A DNA stretch of 64,000 bases from Oscillospiraceae bacterium (GTDB taxonomy: Bacteria > Bacillota > Clostridia > Oscillospirales > Oscillospiraceae). The position numbers and the translations under genes were made by a program. The stretch spans positions 6,272 to 70,271 of the forward strand of contig JAGAQA010000024.1 in the NCBI GenBank assembly GCA_017622995.1, given 5' to 3'. Below the pieces are notes generated by a model. That model had not been told where the DNA came from and made no database searches. It worked only from the letters and a program-made list of their open reading frames with translations. Shown here in pieces: positions 37,240 through 45,857 of this stretch. Numbering within the stretch: the stretch's first letter is position 1; every line of letters starts with the position of its first letter.

Positions 37240-38148
37240 ATGAACAAACAGGAGCTATCCAACCTGGTAGCGGAGATTCTGGCGGGTATGGGGTCGGAGC
37301 CCCAGGTAAAAGCCGGGGACTACCGCCCCACCTGTCCGGGACCGGAGAGAAAACAGACAGCTTTCGCCCCCGGGGACTTTGTGCCGGATGTGACGGAGCT
37401 GGATCTGCGGAAGCTCTATCTGACGGAATCTCCCCGGAACCGGGAACGCTTCGCGGCAATGAAAGAAAAAACCCCCGCCCGTCTGGGCTGCGGAAAGGCC
37501 GGGGCGCGGTATAAAACCCTGACCATGCTGCGATTCCGGGCGGACCATGCCGCCGCCCAGGATACGGTATTCAGCCAGGTTCCGGAGGACTTTGCCCGGT
37601 CCCAGGGCTGGGTATCGGTGCAGACCCGGTGCGAAAGCAAGGACCAGTATCTGACCAGGCCGGACCTGGGCCGGTGCTTTGACGAAGAGAACCGGCAGAT
37701 ACTTCGTACCGAACTGCCCCAGAATCCAAAGGTGCAGCTGGTGGTGGGAGACGGCCTGTCCTCCGCGGCCATTCTGGCCAACGCCGTGGACTGCCTGGCA
37801 GCCATCCGGGACGGACTGAAGCTCCGGGGCATCGATCCGGGGAAAACGGTATTCGTCCGGTACTGCCGGGTAGGGGCGGGAGACGCCATCGGCGATGTGA
37901 CAAACGCGGAAGTGGTGTGTATGCTGGTGGGCGAACGGCCGGGACTGGTTACGGATAAGAGTATGTCCTGCTATATCACCTACGGCGCCCGCACCGGGGT
38001 GCTGGAATCCTGCCGGACGGTGGTCAGCAACATCCACGCCCAGGGAACCCCGGCTGTGGAGGCCGGCGCCCATATCGCGGGGCTGCTGGAAACGATTCTG
38101 AAGAAAAAGGTTTCCGGTGTGGCCCTCTACGGGGAGGAAGGGGCATGA
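37240..38148 (+). CDS. eutC: Ethanolamine ammonia-lyase small subunit
   Basis: TPARLGCGKAGARY, LRFRADHAAAQD, YLTRPDLGR, GDGLSSAA, GERPGL, SNIH; N-terminal amphipathic encapsulation-like peptide. Confidence 0.93.
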   Translation: MNKQELSNLVAEILAGMGSEPQVKAGDYRPTCPGPERKQTAFAPGDFVPDVTELDLRKLYLTESPRNRERFAAMKEKTPARLGCGKAGARYKTLTMLRFRADHAAAQDTVFSQVPEDFARSQGWVSVQTRCESKDQYLTRPDLGRCFDEENRQILRTELPQNPKVQLVVGDGLSSAAILANAVDCLAAIRDGLKLRGIDPGKTVFVRYCRVGAGDAIGDVTNAEVVCMLVGERPGLVTDKSMSCYITYGARTGVLESCRTVVSNIHAQGTPAVEAGAHIAGLLETILKKKVSGVALYGEEGA

Positions 38149-38762
38149 TCCCTGTAAAGGTCCTGGCGGTGCGGTTTCTGCCCAATGCCAGCCGGAGCCT
38201 TCTGGAGAAGCTGGGAACCGACTGTCACAGCCTGGCGCTTCTGACAACGGACTGCGATGACGCGACCTACATTGCCCTGGACGAGGCCACCAAGTCGGCC
38301 CGGGCCAAGGTGGTGTTTGCCAGGAGCTTCTACGCCGGGGCCGCCAACGCCACCCAGCCCTATGCCGGAGAGGTCATCGGCATTCTCGGGGCGGATACGC
38401 CCCCGGACGCGGCCAGCGCCATGGACGCGGCGTTAAGCGCGCTGGAAAAAGTGGGCTTTGAAGAATACCGGGGCGTCAGCTTCCTTGCCCACACCGTCAG
38501 CAGCGTGGGCTCTTTTCTGGCGGAGGAGGCGGGGGTGCCCCTTGGAAGCGCACTGGCCTATCTGATCGCCCCGCCGTTGGAGAGCGTTGTGGGGCTGGAT
38601 GCCGCTCTGAAGGCGGCGGATGTACGGCTGTGTAAATTCTATGATCCGCCCAGCCAGACCAACTTCGGCGGCGGTCTGCTGACCGGCACCCAGTCGGCAT
38701 GCGATGCTGCCTGTCAGGCATTCCGGGAGGCGGTTATGGAAGTAGCGGACAGCCCCCGGTGA
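38145..38762 (+). CDS. eutL: BMC tandem-domain shell protein EutL
   Basis: DCDDATYIALDEATK, SFYAGAANA, AYLIAPPLE, LDAALKAADV, PPSQTNFGGG. Confidence 0.92.
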   Translation: MIPVKVLAVRFLPNASRSLLEKLGTDCHSLALLTTDCDDATYIALDEATKSARAKVVFARSFYAGAANATQPYAGEVIGILGADTPPDAASAMDAALSALEKVGFEEYRGVSFLAHTVSSVGSFLAEEAGVPLGSALAYLIAPPLESVVGLDAALKAADVRLCKFYDPPSQTNFGGGLLTGTQSACDAACQAFREAVMEVADSPR

Positions 38763-38800
38763 GGGGCGAACAGGGACCCGCGGGGAAAGAAAGATTACTT

Positions 38801-38992
38801 TCAGTTGACAATTGACAGTTGACAGTTGACAGTTGACAGTTGTCAGTTGAGGAATCCCCTCCGGGGATGAATAAAAAAGTACTGTAAAACCGGAAGTTTT
38901 CTAAGAATTTACCAGACTTCCTAACCAATTTATTTAAATTATCCCGAAGGGATACCAAAATTGTCAATTGTTCATTGTCAATTGTCAATTGA
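38801..38992. mobile_element. MITE-like repeat with heptamer-repeat ends, copy 2, inside the eut locus
   Basis: Same ends and internal aaaccggaagttttc..ccaga segment as 1396-1719; longer heptamer tract and no nested insert. Confidence 0.7.
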
Positions 38993-39053
38993 TCCAACGC
39001 TTGCTTTTGCAATTCAACACAATATGGAACACAACACGAAAGGATGACACACT

Positions 39054-39359
39054 ATGGATACCAATTCTCTGGGAATGATTGAAACAAAAGGTCTTGTGGG
39101 GGCCATTGAAGCTGCGGATGCCATGGTCAAGTCGGCCAATGTGCAGCTGGTAGGCAAGGAGCAGGTAGGCGGCGGTCTGGTGACCGTTATGGTCCGGGGG
39201 GACGTGGGCGCCGTGAAGGCCGCCACGGATGCCGGTGCCGCGGCGGCGGAAAAGGTGGGGGAGCTGATTTCCGTCCATGTCATTGCCCGTCCCCATGTGG
39301 AGGTGGACAACATCCTGCCCAAGGCCCGCACCGGCGGAAGCAATGCCCAGGGGAAATAA
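39054..39359 (+). CDS. eutM: BMC hexameric shell protein (EutM/PduA-like)
   Basis: [45 protein letters not shown]. Confidence 0.9.
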   Translation: MDTNSLGMIETKGLVGAIEAADAMVKSANVQLVGKEQVGGGLVTVMVRGDVGAVKAATDAGAAAAEKVGELISVHVIARPHVEVDNILPKARTGGSNAQGK

Positions 39360-39362
39360 CCC

Positions 39363-40040
39363 ATGCTCTGGTGCCTGGAAAATGTCCGGGATAATATCCG
39401 AACCCGGCAGGGCCGGCGGGTTTTCTTCCTGGGAGAGGGGGACACCCTGACCAGCTCTGCCCGGGATTACCTGACAGAGGAGCGGATCCCCATTGTTCCC
39501 GCTGCGCAGGCAAAGATCACCCGATACCGGGGCCTGGACGGCTGCTATTACGAGGAAAAGCCGGAGCATATGACCCAGCTCACCGGGGAAGTGCTGGTGC
39601 CCAAAACCAACCCCAGAATCCGTTTCCGGGGCAGCCTGGACAGTCTGGAAAGCCGAATTCTCCTGCTGGCGCTGGAAGAACCGGAGCTGCAGGCCCAGTG
39701 CAGCGAGCTGCTGGATTTTGTCCGGCAGATTCTGAAGTGCGAGGTGCTGGAGGAGCCCTTCCGGGCGGACAGGCTCCTGGGCATGACCCTGGACCAGGTA
39801 CGCGCCTACAGCCAGCTGCCCCAACAGTATCTGGGGATTCCCCATTTCATGCCCGGGCCCCGGCATGGCCTGCGGGTGGCCCGGCTCAACGGTCTGCGCA
39901 CACAGGTGCGCCAGACGGAGCTGGCGGCGGCCCAGGCCTTTCCGGAGGGACGGGAGGATATCATCCGGGGCCTCAACCGGCTCAGCAGCGCGGTGTATAT
40001 TCTCATGCTGAAATGCGTGCAGCAACAAGGGGCCACCTAG
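39363..40040 (+). CDS. eutT: Cobalamin adenosyltransferase (EutT-like)
   Basis: EEKPEHMTQL, VPKTNPRIRFRGSLDSLE, LNGLRTQVRQTE and LNRLSSAVY motifs. Confidence 0.8.
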   Translation: MLWCLENVRDNIRTRQGRRVFFLGEGDTLTSSARDYLTEERIPIVPAAQAKITRYRGLDGCYYEEKPEHMTQLTGEVLVPKTNPRIRFRGSLDSLESRILLLALEEPELQAQCSELLDFVRQILKCEVLEEPFRADRLLGMTLDQVRAYSQLPQQYLGIPHFMPGPRHGLRVARLNGLRTQVRQTELAAAQAFPEGREDIIRGLNRLSSAVYILMLKCVQQQGAT

Positions 40041-40062
40041 GGGGCCGGGAGGAAGGACTTCT

Positions 40063-41427
40063 ATGAAATTGAAAACCACCCTTTTGGGGAAAACATACCA
40101 GTTTCGGGACCTGAAACAGGTGCTTGCCAAGGCAAACGAGGTGAAAACCGGAGACCAATTGGCGGGCCTGGCAGCGGAAAGCGCCCAGGAGCGCGTTGCC
40201 GCCAAGGTGGTGCTTGCCGGGGTGACCCTGCAGGAGCTGCGGGAGAATCCGGCGGTTCCCTATGAAGCGGACGAGGTTACCCGCATCATCCAGGACGACC
40301 TGAATATTCCCCAGTATGAAAAAATCAAGGGCTGGACGGTGTCCGATCTGCGGGAATATATCCTGGATGAAAACACCACAGGCGGGGATATTCACCGGCT
40401 CAGCCGGGGGCTGACCTCCGAAATGGTGGCGGCGGTGTGCAAGCTGATGGGCAATCTGGACCTCATTTACGCCGCCTCCAAAATCACCGTAACGGCCCAC
40501 TGCAATACCACCATCGGGCTTCCCGGTACGCTGAGCTGCCGCCTGCAGCCCAACCACACCACCGATGACCCGGAGGGCATTACCGCCTCCACCCTGGAGG
40601 GCCTGAGCTTCGGCGCGGGAGACGCGGTCATCGGCCTGAACCCGGTGACGGATTCCCCGGAACAGGCGGGAAAGATTCTGCGCCGGTTTCAGGAAATCAA
40701 GGAGCACTGGGCCATTCCGACCCAGATCTGTGTGCTGGCCCATGTGACCACCCAGATGAAGGCGGTGGAAAAAGGGGCCCCCTGTGACCTGATTTTCCAG
40801 TCCATTGCCGGAAGCCAGAAGGGCAACGAGGCCTTCGGCTTCACCGCCAAAACCCTGGAGGATGCCCGGGCGCTGGTGCTCCAGAAGGGCACCGCCGAAG
40901 GGCCCAATGTGATGTATTTTGAAACCGGCCAGGGATCGGAGCTGTCAAGCTCCGCCCACTTTGATACGGATCAGGTGACCATGGAAGCCAGGTGCTATGG
41001 CTTTGCCAAGCGGTTTGCGCCCTTCCTCGTGAACACCGTGGTAGGCTTTATCGGCCCGGAATATCTGTACGATGCCCGCCAGGTGACACGGGCAGGTCTG
41101 GAGGATCACTTCATGGGCAAGCTGACGGGGATCAGCATGGGCTGCGACTGCTGCTACACCAACCACATGAAGGCGGACCAGAACGACATTGAGAATCTGG
41201 CATCCCTTCTGACGCTGGCGGGCTGCAACTATTTTATGGGCATCCCCCATGGGGATGACATTATGCTGAACTACCAGACCACCGGCTTCCGGGAGACTGC
41301 CGCCCTGCGGGAGATCACCGGAAAGACCGCCATCCCGGAGTTCCAGCGCTGGCTGGAAAAGATGGGCTTTGTGGAAAACGGCCATCTGACGGCCAAGGCC
41401 GGGGATGGATCCAGCCTGCTGTACTGA
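40063..41427 (+). CDS. eutB: Ethanolamine ammonia-lyase large subunit
   Basis: LAKANEVKTGDQLAG, RLQPNHTTDD, GDAVIGLNPVTD, YFETGQGSELS, VNTVVGFIGPEY, GLEDHFMGKL, DIMLNYQTT. Confidence 0.96.
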   Translation: MKLKTTLLGKTYQFRDLKQVLAKANEVKTGDQLAGLAAESAQERVAAKVVLAGVTLQELRENPAVPYEADEVTRIIQDDLNIPQYEKIKGWTVSDLREYILDENTTGGDIHRLSRGLTSEMVAAVCKLMGNLDLIYAASKITVTAHCNTTIGLPGTLSCRLQPNHTTDDPEGITASTLEGLSFGAGDAVIGLNPVTDSPEQAGKILRRFQEIKEHWAIPTQICVLAHVTTQMKAVEKGAPCDLIFQSIAGSQKGNEAFGFTAKTLEDARALVLQKGTAEGPNVMYFETGQGSELSSSAHFDTDQVTMEARCYGFAKRFAPFLVNTVVGFIGPEYLYDARQVTRAGLEDHFMGKLTGISMGCDCCYTNHMKADQNDIENLASLLTLAGCNYFMGIPHGDDIMLNYQTTGFRETAALREITGKTAIPEFQRWLEKMGFVENGHLTAKAGDGSSLLY

Positions 41428-41443
41428 GGGAAAGGAGAACACC

Positions 41444-42874
41444 ATGACAGAATTTGATGAAGACCTGCTGGCCCGTCAGGAAGCACGGATGCTGTGCCGC
41501 CGGGCGGGCCAGGCGCAGCAAACCCTGGAAACCCTGCCTCAGGAAAAGCTGGATGCCATTGTGCGGGCCATGGCCGCTGCTTTTGAGGGCGAATGCGCTT
41601 CCCTTGCCAAAATGGCGGTGGAAGAAACGGGCTTTGGCAATACCCAGGACAAAACGGAGAAGAATCGCTTTGCCTGCCAGGATGTTCTGCGTGCCATTGA
41701 ACCCATGAAAACCGTGGGAATTCTGAGGGAAGACCGGGAGAAAAGTCTGTGGGAAATCGGGGTTTCCGTGGGGGTCATCGGAGCTATTGTTCCCAGCACC
41801 AACCCCACGTCCACGGTTTGCTACAAGGCCCTCATCGCGGTAAAGGCCGGCTGCGCCATTGTGTTTTCGCCCCATCCCAAAGCGGCAAAATGCAGCTGCG
41901 CGGCAGCGCAGATCCTTGCCCGGGCGGCAGAAGCGGCAGGGGCCCCGGAAGGGACCATCGCTTGCCTGACCAAAAACAAAATGGCGGGCACCCAGGAGAT
42001 GATGTCCGCACCGGAAGTAAAGCTCCTGCTGGCCACCGGCGGACCGGGGATGGTGCGCGCTGCCTACTCCTCCGGCAAGCCCGCCATTGGCGTGGGGGCG
42101 GGAAATGGGCCTGCCTTCATCCACTCCTCCGCGGACGTGCCGAAAGCGGTGGCGGATATAATCCGCTCCAAGACCTTTGACAACGGCACCGTCTGCGCTT
42201 CCGAACAGAGCATCATTGTGGAAAGAAGCATGGAAACCGCCGTTCTGGCAGAGGCGGAAAAACAGGGCATCTATCTGATGCCCAAGGACCAGGCAGGGGC
42301 GCTGGCCAAGCTCCTCTTTAAGCCCGGCGGCGGGCTGGACCCCCAGGTGGTGGGCAAAACTGCCATTTACCTGGCGGAAAAGGCGGGCTTCAGCGTGCCC
42401 AAAAACACCAAGGTCCTCATGGCCCGGGAGCAGGAGGCAGGCCCCACCCGGCCCTATTCCATGGAAAAGCTGTGTCCGGTGCTGGCCTTCTTTGTGATGG
42501 ACAGTGAGGACGCAGTGCTTTCCAAGGCTGTGGAGGTGCTGCGCCACGAGGGCAGCGGCCATACCTTCGCCATTCACGCCAGAGACGAAGAGGTGATCCG
42601 CAGGTTTGCCTTGAAAATCCCCGTGTCCCGGTTCCTGGTCAATGCCCCGGCGGCGCTGGGGGGCATCGGGGCGGCAACGGGTCTGTTCCCGGCGCTGACG
42701 CTGGGCTGCGGAGCCATAGGCGGCAGCAGCTCTTCCAATAACATTTCCCCGCTGGACCTGATCAACATCCGGCGGGTGGCCTGGGGGCTGAAGGAGGAAC
42801 CCCATATCCCCCAGGCACCGGACAGTGAACTGGTAGAACTGCTGACCCAGAAGATCCTGGAACGGCTGGGGTAA
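41444..42874 (+). CDS. eutE: CoA-acylating acetaldehyde dehydrogenase (EutE-like)
   Basis: PSTNPTST, ATGGPGMV, GVGAGNGPA, KTFDNGTVCASEQ, EKLCPVL, LTLGCG; C-terminal encapsulation-like peptide SELVELLTQKILERL. Confidence 0.9.
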   Translation: MTEFDEDLLARQEARMLCRRAGQAQQTLETLPQEKLDAIVRAMAAAFEGECASLAKMAVEETGFGNTQDKTEKNRFACQDVLRAIEPMKTVGILREDREKSLWEIGVSVGVIGAIVPSTNPTSTVCYKALIAVKAGCAIVFSPHPKAAKCSCAAAQILARAAEAAGAPEGTIACLTKNKMAGTQEMMSAPEVKLLLATGGPGMVRAAYSSGKPAIGVGAGNGPAFIHSSADVPKAVADIIRSKTFDNGTVCASEQSIIVERSMETAVLAEAEKQGIYLMPKDQAGALAKLLFKPGGGLDPQVVGKTAIYLAEKAGFSVPKNTKVLMAREQEAGPTRPYSMEKLCPVLAFFVMDSEDAVLSKAVEVLRHEGSGHTFAIHARDEEVIRRFALKIPVSRFLVNAPAALGGIGAATGLFPALTLGCGAIGGSSSSNNISPLDLINIRRVAWGLKEEPHIPQAPDSELVELLTQKILERLG

Positions 42875-42887
42875 AGGAGGAAATCGA

Positions 42888-43487
42888 ATGGATTCTGCGG
42901 CACTTTCGGATGCGATTCTGCACCGGCTGTTTGTGGAGCTGGAGGCTTCCGGACGCCACGTCCATGTGACCCGGGAGCAGGCCCAGGCTCTGTTCGGCCA
43001 CTGCCTGACACCGGAAAGGCCATTGAGCCAGCCGGGGCAGTTTCTTGCCCGGGAACGGGTAACCCTCCGGGGACCCAAGGGAGAATTCCGGGATGTGGCG
43101 GTGCTGGGGCCGGAACGGAAGGAAGCCCAGGTGGAAATATCCCTGACCGACGGCCGCAGTCTGGGCATCCCGGCGCCGGTCCGGCTTTCCGGCCATGTGT
43201 CCGGCAGTCCCGGCGCGGTGCTTTCCGGCCCCATGGGTACGGTGGAGCTGGGGGAGGGCGTGATTGTGGCACAACGGCACATCCACCTGACACCCGAAGC
43301 GGCGGCGCGGTTTGGCGTACAGGACGGACAGAGGGTAAAGCTGCGTACCTTTACGGACCGGCCCCTGATCTTTGAGGATGTGGTGGTGCGGGTCAGTGAC
43401 CAATTCGCCCCCTATGCCCACCTGGACTATGACGAAGCCAACGCCTGCGGCTTCCATAAGGGCGACCTGGGGAGGATTCTGACATGA
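42888..43487 (+). CDS. pduL: Phosphotransacylase PduL family
   Basis: EASGRHVHVT, LSQPGQF, VLGPERKEAQVEIS, RHIHLTP, HLDYDEANA. Confidence 0.9.
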   Translation: MDSAALSDAILHRLFVELEASGRHVHVTREQAQALFGHCLTPERPLSQPGQFLARERVTLRGPKGEFRDVAVLGPERKEAQVEISLTDGRSLGIPAPVRLSGHVSGSPGAVLSGPMGTVELGEGVIVAQRHIHLTPEAAARFGVQDGQRVKLRTFTDRPLIFEDVVVRVSDQFAPYAHLDYDEANACGFHKGDLGRILT

Positions 43488-43879
43488 CAGCACTTCTGAT
43501 TGGAAAAGAGCCCGGGGTCCCATTGGGCTTTACCTATGTCCGGGAGCCGCCCTATGACGCGGTGGTCATCGGCTCCCTGACTCTGGGGGAGCTGCTGCGG
43601 TTCCGGGAGGAACGGGTGCTGCAGGCCCTTTCCCAGGGAAAAAGCGTGTATCTCTACACCCCGGGGCTGCCCCAGAGCGATCAGAACCGGGCGCTGTCCG
43701 GAAGCCTGACGGCGGCCCGGCGGGAACTGAAAAACTGGGGCGTTCTCTTTACGGATGGGGGAAGAAAACGGCTGATCACCGCCGAGGAGGCCCGGACCAT
43801 GAAGGCTCAGGGAAGACACCCCACGGCTTCTTCCGTGCTCACGCCGCTGGCGAAGGAAATTTTGGAGGGATCGGATTGA
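43484..43879 (+). CDS. Ethanolamine-utilisation hypothetical protein (PduM/TIGR02536-like)
   Basis: C-terminal KRLITAEEA...VLTPLAKE motif and position in the eut locus. Confidence 0.55.
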   Translation: MTALLIGKEPGVPLGFTYVREPPYDAVVIGSLTLGELLRFREERVLQALSQGKSVYLYTPGLPQSDQNRALSGSLTAARRELKNWGVLFTDGGRKRLITAEEARTMKAQGRHPTASSVLTPLAKEILEGSD

Positions 43880-44115
43880 AAATCGGAAATGTGGTAGGCT
43901 CCATCTGGGCCACCCGAAAGGCCCAGTGTTTGCAGGGCCAGACCTTCCTGGTGGTGCGTTCCGGCAGCGAGGAGCTGGTGGCGGCGGACCAGGTGGGAGC
44001 GGGCCCCGGAGACCGGGTACTGCTGGCCACCGGCACCGTGGCATCCCGTTACTGTATGGATGCACCGGTGGACGCGGCGGTGGTGGCCATTCTGGACAGT
44101 AAGAAGGAATCCTGA
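43876..44115 (+). CDS. eutN: BMC pentameric vertex protein EutN/CcmL
   Basis: MKIGNVVGSIWATRK, VAADQVGAGPGDRVL, PVDAAVVAILD; TTG start. Confidence 0.92.
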   Translation: MKIGNVVGSIWATRKAQCLQGQTFLVVRSGSEELVAADQVGAGPGDRVLLATGTVASRYCMDAPVDAAVVAILDSKKES

Positions 44116-45197
44116 TGTCGTTTGATGAAGTGCTGATCGCCCTGATGGCTGTCTTTGCCCTGCTGGGCGGCCTGGATCGGATCCTGGGAGGCAGATTCGG
44201 CCTGGGGCAGCGGTTTGAAGAGGGGGTTCTGGCCATGGGCTCCCTGGCTCTGGCCATGGTGGGCATTGTCTGCCTGGCGCCGGTGCTGGCAGCGGTGCTG
44301 AAGCCCGTGGTGGTGCCGGTATACGGCGCCCTGGGGGCGGACCCTGCCATGTTTGTGGGGACCATTCTTGCCTGCGATATGGGCGGCGGACAGCTTGCCC
44401 GGGAGCTGGCCCTTTCCCCCCAGGCGGCGGGGCTGGGCGGCGTGATCACCGGCTCCATGCTGGGAGCTACCATCGTCTTTACCATTCCGGTGGCCATGGG
44501 GATTCTCCGGGAGGAGGACCGGCCCGCCATGGCAAAAGGCATTCTCTGCGGGATGGTTGCCATTCCCTTCGGGGTGCTTTTCGGGGGACTCACGGCAGGG
44601 TATCCCGCGGGGCTGGTGCTGCGGAATCTCATTCCCATTGTGCTCATCGCCCTGCTGATTGCCCTGGGGCTGTGGCGGGCTGAAAAGGCCATGGTCCGGG
44701 CCTTCACCGTCTTCGGAAAAATTGTGGTGGCGGTGGTGACCCTGGGCCTTTGCGCCGCCATTGTGGAAACCCTCACGGGCTTCGTCCTGATCCCGGGGCT
44801 GGCGCCCATCGGGGATGGCTTTCAGACCGTGGGCACCATTGCCATTGTCCTTGCGGGGGCGTTCCCGCTGGTGTATGTGCTCACAAGGCTGCTGCAAAAG
44901 CCCCTGATGGCGGCAGGAAAGCTGCTGGGCATCAATGATACGGCTGCCGGGGGCCTGCTTGCCAGCCTGGCAAACTCCATTGCCACCTTCGGCATGGTGA
45001 AGGACATGGATGACCGGGGCAAGGTGGTAAACATCGCCTTCGCGGTGCCCGCGGCCTTTGTCTTCGGGGACCACCTGGGCTTTGCCGCGGGGTTCGCGCC
45101 GGAATTGCTGCCGGCGATGATCGTGGGAAAGCTGTCAGGCGGCGTATTTGCCGTGGTGTTCGCGCTGATTCTGACAAAGGGGAAAAAAGAGAAGTAA
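44115..45197 (+). CDS. eutH: Ethanolamine transporter EutH
   Basis: GQRFEEG, ILACDMGG, GSMLGATIVFTIPV, LANSIA, FVFGDHLGF, MIVGKLSGG. Confidence 0.92.
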   Translation: MSFDEVLIALMAVFALLGGLDRILGGRFGLGQRFEEGVLAMGSLALAMVGIVCLAPVLAAVLKPVVVPVYGALGADPAMFVGTILACDMGGGQLARELALSPQAAGLGGVITGSMLGATIVFTIPVAMGILREEDRPAMAKGILCGMVAIPFGVLFGGLTAGYPAGLVLRNLIPIVLIALLIALGLWRAEKAMVRAFTVFGKIVVAVVTLGLCAAIVETLTGFVLIPGLAPIGDGFQTVGTIAIVLAGAFPLVYVLTRLLQKPLMAAGKLLGINDTAAGGLLASLANSIATFGMVKDMDDRGKVVNIAFAVPAAFVFGDHLGFAAGFAPELLPAMIVGKLSGGVFAVVFALILTKGKKEK

Positions 45198-45215
45198 AGG
45201 GAGCTTTCGCGAACG

Positions 45216-45512
45216 AAGCCCTCTCCTGGGAGAGGGTGCCCCCGAAGGGGGCGGGTGTGGGGCGGTATCCGGTTGAGCATTTGAGCACTTTGGGCGCAAA
45301 GCGCCCTTGGCTCTCCCCTGGGAGAGCTGGCACGGCATCTGCCGTGACTGAGAGGAGCTCCCGGGTGCGGGGCCCCCTCTTCGCCCCAGTGCGCGTTACT
45401 TCTGCACCGCTTCTTATGGGAAAGGCAAGGGCGTTATCTGAGTTTCCAGCTGCTACCGCCCCACATCCGTCTCGCCCTTACGGGCGAGCCACCTTCTCCC
45501 AGGAGAAGGCTT
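45216..45512. repeat. REPIN-like inverted pair enclosing a second REP-like unit
   Basis: aagccctctcctgggagagggtg...tgtggggcggta (45216-45267) is inverted to taccgccccaca...caccttctcccaggagaaggctt (45454-45512); inner unit ggctctcccctgggagagctggcacggcatctgccgtgactgagagg (45309-45355). Confidence 0.75.
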
Positions 45513-45570
45513 TGCGTTCCTTAATGAACTATATCCTCCTTTCTCTGCTTACTTCCCCGGAGAATCCCCC

Positions 45571-45600
45571 TTGACAATCCTTCCCTCTTTCGGCTATAAT
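45571..45600 (+). promoter_or_regulatory. Sigma-A promoter of the metG leader
   Basis: TTGACA-18bp-TATAAT. Confidence 0.7.
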
Positions 45601-45609
45601 ATCTCATAA

Positions 45610-45838
45610 TACCGGCTGTGAAGAGAAGAGTAAGCCTGAAAACCGCCAAGAGAGCCCCGGAAGGTGCGAGGGGGTGCGGGTCCAGCAGGGCCGAACATGG
45701 TCTCGGAGCCGAAGGGTCGATAGGTAGGCCCTTCCGGGTGCGCCCGTTAAAGCGCCAACGAGGCAGGAAGGCTCCTGCGAATCAAGGTGGTACCGCGTCA
45801 ATTTTGTCGCCCTTGGATCGTCCAAGGGCGATTTTCTA
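45610..45838 (+). ncRNA. T-box riboswitch (Met specifier)
   Basis: T-box AAGGTGGTACCGCG at 45784-45797; gaacATG specifier at 45697-45699; terminator tcgcccttgga-tcg-tccaagggcga plus T tract; located upstream of metG. Confidence 0.9.
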
Positions 45839-45857
45839 TTATGAGGAGGAAACAGCT

